This document shows, in pieces, positions 40,152 through 51,681 of a stretch of DNA of 64,000 nucleotides. This DNA comes from Mobula birostris. Lineage: Eukaryota. Within the stretch, counting starts at the first letter, position 1. Every line of letters begins with the position of its first letter. The notes beneath the pieces are model-generated. The model saw only the letters and a program-made list of their open reading frames with translations, was not told where the DNA came from and did no database searches. A program made the position numbers and the translations under genes. The stretch spans positions 23,383,590 through 23,447,589 of the forward strand of contig NC_092387.1 of NCBI RefSeq assembly GCF_030028105.1. The letters are read 5' to 3'.

Positions 40152-43100
40152 TTACATTAAATGAAAATATTGAATAAAAGATCTCTGGGTCTGTTCAAAT
40201 TTAAGTGAGGAATCATAAAGATTGCCTCTAATTTTCAACAAATTCAAGCATAATATCATCTGAGAAAACCAAAAAAAGGTAGTTGGAGCATTAAGCTCTT
40301 TCCAATGTTGTAAGATACATCTTTTCGCCATTAAAGTAAGAAATGCAATCATTCTACGGGCTGAAGGAGAAAGATTACTGGAAATTTTAGGTAGTCCAAA
40401 GATAGCTGTAATAGGGTGAGGAGGGATATCTATATTCAATACCTTGGAGATAATATTAAAAAATGTCTCTCCAAAAAGTTTCCAGAGTAGGACAAGACCA
40501 AAACATATGAGTTAAAGAGGCTATCTGCCCCGGACATCTATCACAAAAAGGATTAATATGAGAGTAAAAGCGAGCTAATTTATCTTTGGACATATGTGCT
40601 CTATGAACAACTTTAAATTGAATTAGGGAATGTTTAGCACAGATAGAGGAAGTATTGACTAATTGTAAAATCTGCCCCCAGTCATCCACGGAAATGATAG
40701 ACCCCAATTCCTGTTCCCAATCTACCCTAATCTTATCAAATGGAGCTTTCCTATGTTTCATAATAATATTATAAATCATAGCCGATGCACCTTTCTGACA
40801 TGGATTAAGGTTAATTATAGTATCTAAAATGTATGTAGGAGGAAGCATTGGAAAGGAAAAAAGTATAGTACTTAGGAAATTTCTAACTTGTAGATATCTA
40901 AAAAAATGTATTCTTGATAAATTATATTTATTAGATAATTGTTCAAAAGACATAAGGGAACCATCTAAAAATAAATCCAAAAACCGTGAAATACCCTTAG
41001 TCTTCCAAATTTGAAAAGCACGATCCGTAAAAGGGGGAGGAAAAAATATGTTACCTAAAATAGGATTCGCTATCCCAAATTGGTTAAGATCAAAAAATTT
41101 TCTGAATTGAAACCAAATACATAAGGTATATTTAACTATCGGGTTAGATACCTGTTTGAGGCGTTTCAAATCAAAAGGAAGAGAGGAACCTAAAATAGAG
41201 CCAAGTGTATAGCCCTGAACAGATTGTAATTCCAATGCTACCCATTTAGGAATGGATAGTATATCCTGGTCAAGTAACCAAAATTTCATATGTCGAATAT
41301 TAATTGCCCAATAATAGAATCTAAAGTTAGGTAACGCTAAACCTCCATCTCTCTTAGCTTTCTGTAAATGTATTTTACCCAGTCTCGGGTTTTTATTTTG
41401 CCAAATAAATGAAGAAATTTTTGAGTCAACTTTATCAAAAAAAGTTTTTGGAACAAAAATTGGTAATGCCTGAAATATATATAGAAATTTTGGCAAAAAA
41501 AACATCTTAATTGCATTAATACGACCAATCAAAGTTAAATATAAAGGAAACCATTTAGATGAAAGTTGAATAATGTGGTCAATTAAGGGTAAAAAGTTAA
41601 TCTTAAATAAATCTTTGTATTTACAAGTAAGTTTAATCCCAAGATATGAAAAATAATTATTAATCAATTTAAATGGAAAGTTATGATATAAGGGAAGTTG
41701 TTTATTAATTGGGAAAAGTTCACTCTTACTAGGATTTAATTTATAACCTGAAAAGAGACTAAATTGTGCTAATAACTCTAAAACAGCAGGGATGGATTTT
41801 TGAGGATTAGAAATATATAAAAGTAAGTCATCAGCATAGAGTGATATTTTATGGGACTTTAAGCCCTGAGTTATCCCAGTAATAATTGGAGATTCTTGAA
41901 TGGCAATTGCAAGAGGTTCTAATGCAATATCAAATAATAAAGGACTAAGAGGACAACCTTGTCGAGCACCTCGAGAAAGAGGGAAAAAAGGTGAGCTTAG
42001 AGAGTTAGTACGGACCGAGGCCACAGGAGAATGATATATCAGTTTGATCCAGGATATAAATTTCGAGCTAAAATTAAACATTTCAAGCACCTTAAATAAG
42101 TAAGGCCATTCTACTCTATCAAAAGCTTTCTCAGCATCTAAAGAGATAACACACTCAGGAACATTTTGTGAGGGGGTATAAACAATATTTAACAGTGTGC
42201 GAATGTTATAAAAAGAGTAACGACCTTTAATAAAACCCGTTTGGTCTTCCGAAATAATAAAAGGAAGTACTTTTTCTAATCTGTTTGCTAATAACTTAGA
42301 AAAAATTTTAGAATCAACATTTAATAAAGATATTGGTCTATAAGATGCACATTGAGCAGGATCTTTATCCTTCTTTAATATTAGAGAGATTGACGCTCTA
42401 TTGAAAGATTCGGGAAGTTTACCTAGTTTTAATGAAGCCTCGAAAACCCTACAGAACCAAGGGATTAATGAAGGTGCAAAACATTTATAAAATTCTACGG
42501 TAAACCCATCAGGGCCAGGAGCTTTCCCCAAATTCATAGAGGAAATAACATTCTTAATCTCATCAGTGGTAATGGGAGTATCTAACATAGAAGACATATC
42601 CTGTGAAATCTCAGGGAAGTCTAGGTTATCTAAAAAATCATTCATATATTTAGAGTCTCGAGGAGACTCTGATTGATATAAGGAAGAATAAAAATCACAG
42701 AAGGTTTGATTAATCCCCGCATGATCAAGTATCAGTCGGTTATTTTGATTATAAATCTGATTAATTTGAGATTTAGCATAATTAGACTTCAATTGGTTAG
42801 CCAGCAGTTTGCCAATTTTGTCACTGTGTACATAAAATTCACTTTTTGTTTTCTTTAATTGGTTTACAATCGAGGACGAAAGTAATAAACTGTGTTCCAT
42901 TTGAAGTTCAGTTCTTTGTTTATATAACTCCTCAGAGGGAGCTGTAACATATTTCTTATCAATTGCCTTAATCTTGTCCACAATTACCAACTCCTCCTGC
43001 TTCAGCTTCTTCCTCAAAGCAGCAGAATACGAGATAATCTGACCACGAATATAAGCTTTAAAAGTATCCCAAAGAATATTCACAGAAATATCCTCTGTAT

Positions 43101-43930
43101 AGTTGATTGTAAAATAAAGATCAATCTGTTCATTCATAAAGTTAACAAAGTCCGAGTCCTGAAGCAACAGCGAATTAAAACACCATTGTCTATTATTTTG
43201 TGTATTGGCCTGAATTTTAATAGAAAACTTAAGTGGAGCATGATCCGAAATGGTTATAGAGTCATAATCACATTTAATCACTGAAGAAATAAGACGAGAG
43301 TCAATAAAGAAATAATCAATTCTTGAATAGGAATGGTGAACATGTGAAAAAAAAGAAAAATCTTTTTCCTGAGGATGCAAAAAACGCCAAATGTCCGTCG
43401 ACCCAGAATCAGAGAGGAATGAATTAATCAAAGTTGCAGATTTATTAGGTAAGGTCCGTAGAGGAGCCGAACGGTCCAAAGCTGGAGATTAAACAGGTAT
43501 TAAGATCTCCGCCCCAGATCAATGAAAACTCATTCAAATTCGGGAACTGATTGAATAATGATTTATAAAATTCCGGACAATCCTTATTAGGAGCATAAAC
43601 ATTAACCAAAACTACCTTTTTATTAAATAGTAGACCACTAACCAGTAGAAATCTACCATTCGGATCAGAAATAATATCATGTTGTATAAAAGTAACTGAG
43701 GAGTCTATAAAAATAGAGACACCTCGAATCTTAGCGTTGGAGTTCGAGTGAAACTGTTGTTCCTTCCAGAATTTAAAAAAACATAGTCTGTCCCCCCTCC
43801 GCACATGGGTCTCTTGTAAAAATAAAATTTGTGCTTTAAGTCTCCGGAACACTTTAAAAACTTTTTTCCTTTTAATAGGATGATTAAGACCATTAGTATT
43901 CCAGGAGACAAAATTAATAATAGACTCCAT
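40152..43930 (-). pseudogene. L1 ORF2 (APE endonuclease, reverse transcriptase, C-terminal region), ~1260 codons with two 1-bp frameshifts
   Basis: SWNTNGL, FLQETH, NVYAPN, GGDLN (ORF 43445..44056); DYFF, SDHAP, KAPGPDGF, YRPISLLN, SLDAEKAFDRV, RQGCPLSP, LYADD, CxxC-x8-H-x4-C (ORF 40456..43479); tail in ORF 40152..40439. Shifts near 43490 and at the A6 run ~40458-40463. Confidence 0.93.
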
Positions 43931-44638
43931 AAACCCTAAAGTCAACCCGCAACAAGGAGGATTGACGATAGGCTCGACCCATGAACCCGGAAAGGGAACA
44001 GAACAAATAAGAGATACCGGGAAGGAGAACGCAACCAATACTTCAATAGTGTACATAGCCCAAGAAGAAAGAAACTAAAACGTGAAGCCCCTCCCACCAC
44101 CCCCCACCCCAAGACCCCAAGGCTAAATCTAACACAGACCAACCAGAAAGAAGCAAGCACTAAAACTACCCCCATGACTTTCGGTATACGCTCCCTAAAA
44201 AAAGTGTAAATATAAAAAAGATCAGCTAGTTATAAAACAGTAAAAGAATAAAAAAAAGTAAGTCAATTAAAACAAACACTTAATATAACAGGGAAAAAGC
44301 CAGAAAATATAAAAAAAAACGCAACAAACCCCAGTCCCTATGAGTAAACAAAAAAAGAAATGAAATTATTAACATAAACTAGTTACGAAAACCCACAAAA
44401 AGAAGTAGATTTAAAAACTACAAAATTTAAGGCCTCAAAGGAAAAACGTAGAATGACGATGAGGGAATAACCACCCAGAATCCCCTGGGAAAAAGAAACG
44501 AATGATGCAGATAGAAAGAAAGTTTAGCAACCATATTAATTAATCAAAAATAAACTTTTCTGCCCATATAAGGCAAAAAAAAATTAAAACTGACAAATTC
44601 ACAACCTCCGATCAAACGGAGATAGTTAAAAATTACGA

Positions 44639-45484
44639 TTAAGATGTTGAAGGTGAAAATTGATCCAGATAACTCTGGGCATCCGATGGAGATTCAAAAA
44701 AACGGAGGGCTCCATCCAACGTACGAATCCTTAGACGTGCAGGGTAAAGCTGCGCTGGTTTTAAATCCATCTTGTAGAGTTCCGACATCACAGATCTGTA
44801 ACAAACCCGTTGATCCCGAATTGGTTTACTGAAATCCTCCACGACTCGGAACTTAAGATCCAAAAAATCAATGTAACCCTTAGATCAAACGAAACGAAAC
44901 AGTTTCTCCTTGTCTTGAAAGTAATGAAAGCGTAAGATGACATGTCAAGGTTTATCTGACTTAGATGAGTATGATGGAACTCTGTGAACACGATCCAATA
45001 ACGGTGGTTGGTCAGGAAATACAGTAGGAAATGCATCTTTTAAAAGTTGAGAAAAATACTTCATAGGGTTATCAGATTCAACAGCTTCACGCGCCCCAAT
45101 CATTGGAAGATTCTGCCGTCGCATTCTGGATTCTAAGTCAGAGTTTTTAAAGGTCAGAAAGTCAAGTTTCTTCTTCATTACATTAATTGTTTCTTCGATT
45201 TTCTCCATCTTGAGTTCATTTTGTTGCGTGGATTTTTGAAGATCAGATATAGCCGACTGATGTTCCGTAATAGATGTTTGTATCTTATCAATTGAATCTG
45301 CAATTTTCTGGAAATTAATTGAAATTTCCGCACGAATCAGCTCCATAACAGAGGTTGAAATTTCCCTTTGAATTAGCTCCGATATAGCTTTCAAAGTCAG
45401 CGGTGGTTCAGTCGGAGGAAAATCGGTACCTTTCGGTCTAACTGGAGGTTTGCCGTCCTTCCCGTTTTTTCCATTCTTAGACAT
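44639..45484 (-). pseudogene. L1 ORF1 (coiled coil plus L1ORF1p/Transposase_22-like domain), 281 codons with two in-frame TGA
   Basis: ATG at 45484 (MSKNGK...), DLESRMRRQNL, LDRVHRVP, VVEDFS, YPARLRI. In-frame TGA at 44945-44947 and 44885-44887, both consistent with CGA-to-TGA transitions. Confidence 0.88.
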
Positions 45485-45598
45485 AGCAGACCTTAAAAGC
45501 ATCCAACAGGAATTCTGCAGATGCTGGAAATTCAAGCAACACACATCAAAGTTGCTGGTGAACGCAGCAGGCCAGGCAGCATCTGTAGGAAGAGGTGC

Positions 45599-45634
45599 AG
45601 TCGACGTTTCAGGCCGAGACCCTTCGTCAGGACT
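45599..45634 (-). ncRNA. Minimal type I hammerhead ribozyme motif
   Basis: Identical to the 2117-2152 motif. Confidence 0.75.
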
Positions 45635-46511
45635 AACTGAAGGAAGAGTGAGTAAGGGATTTGAAAGTTGGAGGGGGAGGGGGAGATCCAAAATGATAGG
45701 AGAAGACAGGAGGGGGAGGAATGGAGCCAAGGGCTGGACAGGTGATAGGCAAAAGGGGATACGAGAGGATCATGGGACAGGAGGTCCGGGAAGAAAGACA
45801 AGGCGGGGGGGACCCAGAGGATGGGCAAGAGGTATATTCAGAGGGACAGAGGGAGAAAAAGGAGAGAGAAAGAATGTGTGAATAAAAATAAGTAACAGAT
45901 GGGGTACGACGGGGAGGTGGGGCCTTAGCGGAAGTTAGAGAAGTCGATGTTCATGCCGTCAGGTTGGAGGCTACTCAGACGGAATATAAGGTGTTGTTCC
46001 TCCAACCTGAGTGTGGCTTCCAGGTGAGGCAACACTTCACCTGTGAGTCGACTGGGGTGATATACTGCGTCCGGTGCTCCCGATGTGGCCCTTTATATAT
46101 TGGCGAGACCCGACGCAGACTGGGAGACCGCTTTGCTGAACATCTACGCTCTGTCCGTCAGAGAAAGCAGGATCTCCCAGTGGCCACACATTTTATTTCC
46201 ACATCCTAACTTCCGCTAGGCCCCACCTCCCCCTCGTATCCCATCTGTTACTTATTTTTATGCACACATTCTTTCTCTCACTCTCCTTTTTCTCCCTCTG
46301 TCCCTCTGAATATACCTCTTGCCCATCCTCTGGGTCCCCCCCCCCTGTCTTTCTTCCCGGACCTCCTGTCCCATGATCCTCTCGTATCCCCTTTTGCCAA
46401 TCACCTGTCCAGCTCTTGGCTCCATCCCTCCCCCTCCTGTCTTCTCCTATCATTTTGGATCTCCCCCTCCCCCTCCAACTTTCAAATCCCTTACTCACTC
46501 TTCCTTCAGTT

Positions 46512-46547
46512 AGTCCTGACGAAGGGTCTCGGCGTGAAACGTCGACT
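46512..46547 (+). ncRNA. Minimal type I hammerhead motif with a stem II mismatch
   Basis: AGTC-CTGACGA-AGG gtctcgg CGT-GAAAC-GTC^GACT. CCT to CGT weakens stem II. Confidence 0.6.
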
Positions 46548-47409
46548 GCACCTCTTCCTAGAGATGCTGCCTGGCCTGCTGCGTTCACCAGCAACTTTGA
46601 TGTGTGTTGCTTAAAAGCATCCGATTATCAAAGAGCCCAATTTATTTCAAAATATTGTAAAAGTCGATGCCTTAATGGTTAATTAAAATATAGCTGATCA
46701 TAAGAAGAAAAACTCAGAGGTAATGGAGCGAGTCAAGAACACGACTTCACTCCATGAGCTCTACCGGAAGTCTCCCGGCATAGGCATACTCAACTCCTGC
46801 ACTGAGGCACTCAACCCCAGCCATTTACCATTTCATCAGGCGTTGCGTCAGGCAAGAAGATTTCCGAACATCGCCCCCATCCTGACAGCCACTTTTGTGT
46901 GAAGCTACATCAAGCTTTCTGTCTCATATGTGGGTAACAGGGGTCACCACATGCTGAGGCTCTGCTTGTCCCTGGTGTTGTGAAGGACGGTCCTTGCCTT
47001 GTTGCTGCCCATTCTTCGTGGATGAGTTCCTGCTGGAAAACAACTTTGATGGCAAGCACAAGTAATTCTGCAGATCCTGGAAATGAACGAATGTGTGAAA
47101 GCAAATTTCAGTCCTGAATAATAGTTTTAATAAAAAATGTGGATTGTTTGTTCATTTCCATGGATGTTGCCTCATCTGCTGAGATCCTCCAGCATTTTGT
47201 GTGTTTAACTTTGATCGCAAGTCCATTACAGAATGTTTTGCAGGAGAACTACAGTACATTGTTGATACTGTGGGATGGTTCATTGAGCAGCTGTCCAAAC
47301 TACGTGGTAGAATAGCTCATTGTGTGAACTTAGCAACAAGCACAAAGACCTTATTTGGCTGTCTGTGAGAGGGACCCTCTCTGTCGGATCTTTACTGTAC
47401 AGTTGGAGG

Positions 47410-47990
47410 TTTCACTCCCAACACAAACTGCCTTTTGAGTGTCCTATGGACTCGGACTCCCAGATCCCTCTGATCCTCCACACTGCCAAGAGTCTTACCA
47501 TTAATACTATATTCTGCCATCATATTTGACTTACCAAAATGGACCAACTCACACTTATCTGGGTTAAACCCCATCTGCCACTTCTCAGCCCAGTTTTGTA
47601 TCCTATCAATGTCCCACTGTAACCTCTGACAGCCCTCCACACTATCCACACACCTCCAACCTTTGTGTCATCAGCAAATTTACTAACCCATCCCTCCACT
47701 TCCTCATCCAAGTCACTTATAAAAATCACGAAGAGTAGGGGCCCCAGAACAGATCTCTGAGGCACATCACTGGTCACCGATCTCCATGCAGAATATGACC
47801 CGTCTACAACCACTGTGCACAAGCCAGTTCTGGATACACAAGCAATGTCCTCTCGGATCCCACACCTTCTTACTTTCTCAACAAGGCTTGCTTGGGGTAC
47901 CTTATCAAATGCCTTGCTGAAATCCATATACACTACATCTACTGCTCTACCTTCATCAATGTGTTTAGTCACATCTTCAAAAAAGTTTGT
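47410..47990 (-). mobile_element. CR1-type RT fragment
   Basis: ORF 47520..47972: [36 protein letters not shown]. Confidence 0.85.
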
Positions 47991-48164
47991 GAGGAAACAC
48001 TGCAGTCTAATGACCTACTACCACAGGACACTGAGGGCTAGCATCCTGTGCAACATCACAAGAAACATTTGAGGAGTGTCATGTCCAAAGAGTCCACATC
48101 AGTAGCATTGAGTATCATCATCATTATGTGCCATGTCACTTATTGAGAGAAATGAGAGTGGATA

Positions 48165-49935
48165 TAGGACCATTAGAAAACACGGCAAGGAGACAAGGAG
48201 ATGGCCGATGAACTAAATGAGTATTTTGCATCAGTCTTCACTGTGGAAGACACTAGCAGTATGCCTGATGTTATAGTGTGTGAAGGAAGAGAAGTGGGTG
48301 CAGTTACTGTTACAAGAGAGAAGGTGCTCAAAAAGCTGAAAGACCTAAAAGTACACAAGTCACCCAGACCAGAGGAACTGCACCCTAGGGTTCTGAAAGA
48401 GGTAGCGTTAGAGATTGTGGTGGCATTAGAAATGATCTTTCAAAAATTATTAGACCTTGGCATGGTATCAGAGGAATGGAAAATTGAAAATATTACTCCA
48501 GTCTTTATGAAAGGAGGAAGGCAGCAGAAAGGAAATTATAGACCAGTTAGCCTGACCTCAGTGGTTGGGAAGATGTAAGAGTGAATTGTTAAGGATGAGG
48601 TGATAGAGTACATGGTGCCACAGGACAAGATAGTACAAAGTTAGCATGGTTTCCTTCAGGGAAAATCCTGCCTGATGACCCTGTTGGAATTCTTTGAGGA
48701 GATTGCAAGTAGGATAGATGCAGTGGATGTTGAATATTTGGACTTTCAGAAGGCCTTCGACAAGGTGCCTCACATGAGGTTGCTTACAAGTTAAGAGCCC
48801 ATGGTATTACAGGAAAGTTACTAACATGGTTAGAGCATTGGCTGATTGGTAGGAAGCAGTGAGTGTGAAAAAAGGATCCTTTTTTGGTTGGCTGTCAGTG
48901 ACTAGTGGTGTTCCGTAGTGGTCGGTGTTCAGACCACTTCTTTTTATGCTGTATACAAATGATTTAGATGATGGAATGGGTGGCTTTGTTGCCAAGCTTG
49001 CAGATGATGCGAAGATTGGTGGAGGGGCAGGTAGTGTTGAGGAATCAGGTAGGATGCAGAAGGACTTAGACAGAAGAAGAGAATGGGTGAGTAAGTGGCA
49101 AATGAAGTACAATGTTGAAGAATGCATGGTCATGCACTTTGGTAGTAGAAATAAATGTGAGGACTATTTTCTAAATGGGGAGAAAAATCCAGGAATCTGA
49201 GACGCAGAAGAACTTGAGAGTCCTTGTGCAGAACACCATGAAGGTTACCTTGCAGGTTGAGTCGGTGGTGAGGAAGGCAAATGCCATGTTAGCATTCATT
49301 TCAAGAATTCTAGAATACAAGAGCAAGGATGTGATGCTGAGGCTTTATAAGGCACTGGTGAGGCCTCACCTTGAGTATTGTGAACAGTTTTGGGCTCCTC
49401 GTCTTAGAAAAGATGTGTTGGCATTGGAGAGGTTCCAGAGGAGGTTCACAAGGATGATTCCAGGAATTAAAGGGTAATCATACGAGGAATGTTTGATGTC
49501 TCTGGGTTTGTACTTGCTGGAATTCAGAAGGATGAGGGGGGATATCATTGAAACCTTTCGAATGCTGAAAGGTCTAGACAGAGTAGATGTGGAAAGGATG
49601 TTTGACATGGTGTGAGAATCTCGGAGAAGAGAGCACACCGTCAGGATAGAGGGGCACCCTTTCAAAGCAGAGATGCGGAGAAATACCTTGAGCCAAAGGG
49701 TGGTGAATTTGTGGAATTTGTTGCCACATTCAGCTGTGGAGGCCAGGTCGTTGGGTGTATTTAAGGCAGAGATTGATAGATTCTTGATTGGACATGGCAT
49801 CAAAGGTTTTGGGGAGAAGGCCGGGAACTGAGATTGAGGAGGAGGTTAAAAATAAAGAGGATCAGCCATGATTGAATGGCGGAGCAGACTCGATGGCCTA
49901 ATTTTGCTCCTATGTCTTAAGCTCTTCTGGTCTTT
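48165..49935 (+). mobile_element. 5'-truncated CR1-type LINE with disrupted ORF2
   Basis: LNEYFASVFT, KSPRPEELHPRVLKE, NYRPVSLTS, KLADDAK, LYKALVRPHLEYC. CR1-like 3' end. Confidence 0.88.
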
Positions 49936-50058
49936 GTGTATGTTGCTTCATATTTCTAACATCTGCAAAGTCTCTTATGCCACATGAGTCCATTGCTGCT
50001 TTGAATGTAACTCATTACCAGCACAAATGAGTGGACTTGACAAAAGTATGAGTGTACA

Positions 50059-51154
50059 AGCACAAATGCTGGAGGAACTCAACAGGCCAGGCAGCATCTG
50101 TGGAAAAGAGTACAGTCGATGTTTCAGGCCGAAACCCTTCAGCAGGACTGGAAAGGAAAAGCTGAGGTGTAGATTTTAAAGGTGGAGAGAAGGGAGAGAG
50201 AAACGCAAGGTGATAGGTGAAACCTTAAGTGGGAGGGATGAAGTAAATAGCTGGGAAGTTGATTGGTGAAAGAGATACAGAGCTGGAGTAGGGGAAGTCT
50301 GATAGACGAGGACTGAAGGCCTTGGAAGAAAGAAAAGGCGGGAGGAGCACCGGGGGACGTGATGGGTGGGCAAGGAGATGAGGTGAGAAAGGGAAAAGCG
50401 GTTGGGGAATGGTGAGGGGAGAGGTGATACTTTACCTTTGAGTCTGTTGGGGTCATATACTGTGTCTGGTGCTCCCGGCGTGGCCTCCTGTATAGCAGTG
50501 AGACCCAACGTAGACTGTGAGACTGTTTTGCTGAGCACCTATGCTCCATCTGCCAGAAAAAGCGGGATCTCCCAGTGGCCATCCATTTTGTTTCCACTTC
50601 CCATTCTGATTCCAATTTGTCTATCCATGAGCTCCTCCACTGTTGTGATGAGGCCATACTCAGGTTGGAGGAACAACACCTTATATTCCATTTGGGAGCC
50701 TCCAGCCTGAAGGCATGAACACTGATTTCTTGAACTTCCAGTAATGCCCACCCCGCCTTCACCATTCCCCATCCCCTTTTCCCTTTTTCATTGTACCTCC
50801 TTGCCTGCCCATCACTTGCCCCTGGTGCTCCTCCCTTCTTCTCTTTCTTCATCTATCTGTCCTCATCTATCAGACTCCCCCTTCTCCAGCCCTGTATCTC
50901 TTTCACCAATCAATTTCCCAGCTGTTTACTTCATTCCTGCCCCTCCCAGTTTCACTTATCACCTTGTGTTTTTCTCACCTCTCTCCCCCCCTGTTAAATC
51001 TATTCCTCAGCTTTTTTTCTCCAGTCCCGCTGAAGGGTTTCGGCCCGAAATGTCGACTGTACTCTTTTCCATAGATGCTGTCTGGCCTGTTGAGTTCCTC
51101 CAGCATTTAGTGTGTATTGCTTGGTTTTCGAGCATCTGCAGATTTTCTTTTGTC
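50059..51154. mobile_element. Second, older head-to-head Penelope-like pair
   Basis: Minus arm 50059-~50421 and plus arm ~50422-51154 with a decayed GIY-YIG region. 12-bp direct repeat TATGAGTGTACA (50047-50058, 51155-51166). Both hammerhead cores are mutated. Confidence 0.8.
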
Positions 51155-51531
51155 TATGAGTGTACAGACTGGATGACGCCCTGAATGCAAAGAAAACCAT
51201 TCATAGTTTTGCATGTTGTGTGTATACTTATGAATGAAGATTATTTTTGAAATTATAAAGCAAAAGCCATTCTCTGCTGTTGGACTGCATGCGGAGGCCA
51301 ACAATGAAACAGAGAACTGGCATCTGTCACACAGCATGCCCTGGGCTTGCGGGTATCATGTCAGAAGCTGTCCTTGAGACGGCCTCACCGTTTGGTAAGG
51401 TCACGGTTGATTGTTCTGTGAGCTGAACACTGTGTTCTCATCCACCCTTGGTAACCCCTCAACCTGAGGGCCTGTAAATCTGTAAATTATCTGCCAGGTA
51501 GCTATGGTACATTGGCAATTCCTTATGGAAG

Positions 51532-51681
51532 CAGCACGAAGACAAGAAAATCCGCAGGTGCTGGAAATCCAAGCAACACACACTCAATGCTGGAGGAACC
51601 CAGCAGGCCAAGCAGCATCTATTGATCTATGCAAAAGAGTAACAACTGTCAACGTTTTGGGTCAAGACTCATCGTCAGTAC
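51532..51681 (-). mobile_element. 150-bp old Penelope-derived mini-insertion starting at hammerhead stem I
   Basis: Minus strand begins GTA-CTGACGA...AAAAC-GTT-GAC. Flanks TTCCTTATGGAAG (51519-51531) and TTCCTCATGGAAG (51682-51694) match at 12/13. Confidence 0.7.

Larger units (their letters stand above)
45505..46609. mobile_element. Head-to-head Penelope-like pair inserted in the L1 5' UTR
   Basis: Minus arm 45505-46020 and plus arm 46021-46609, which encodes the GIY-YIG piece QVRQHFTCESTGVIYCVRCSRCGPLYIGETRRRLGDRFAEH. 13-bp direct repeat CTTAAAAGCATCC (45492-45504, 46610-46622). Confidence 0.88.
39764..46776 (-). mobile_element. Full-length LINE-1 (L1 clade) element
   Basis: 5' end GGAGACTTCCGGT..., ORF1, ~700-bp spacer, ORF2, 3' UTR with AATAAA and an A-rich tail. 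TSD CATAGGCATAC (39753-39763, 46779-46789; 12/13 if extended by two bases). Confidence 0.93.
38650..48110 (+). mobile_element. Heavily degraded Tx1-type L1 ORF2 remnant, split by the younger L1 (39764-46776) and a CR1 (~47410-47990)
   Basis: Eroded codons for NWRPISLL (~38990), SLDxEKAFxR (~39160-39190), RQGxPLS (~39295), SLYxxDV (~39423) and LKVLGIxFG (~39590). Similarity to recalled Tx1 sequence resumes at ~46860-47050 and ~47335-47400. Confidence 0.65.

Noticed and set aside
44945-45730. 261-aa ORF suggesting an N-terminally extended L1 ORF1
   Set aside because: The first 82 codons are Penelope 3' UTR that happens to be in frame. The L1 start is the ATG at 45484, and the frame stops prematurely at 44945.
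46924-47076. Apparent minus-strand terminal exon (acceptor ttcgttcatttccag; DLQNYLCLP...VTPVTHI-stop) of a second gene
   Set aside because: Most of the region matches the antisense of the Tx1 ORF2 remnant that resumes after the L1. All three frames are open, so this is not evidence of a host exon.
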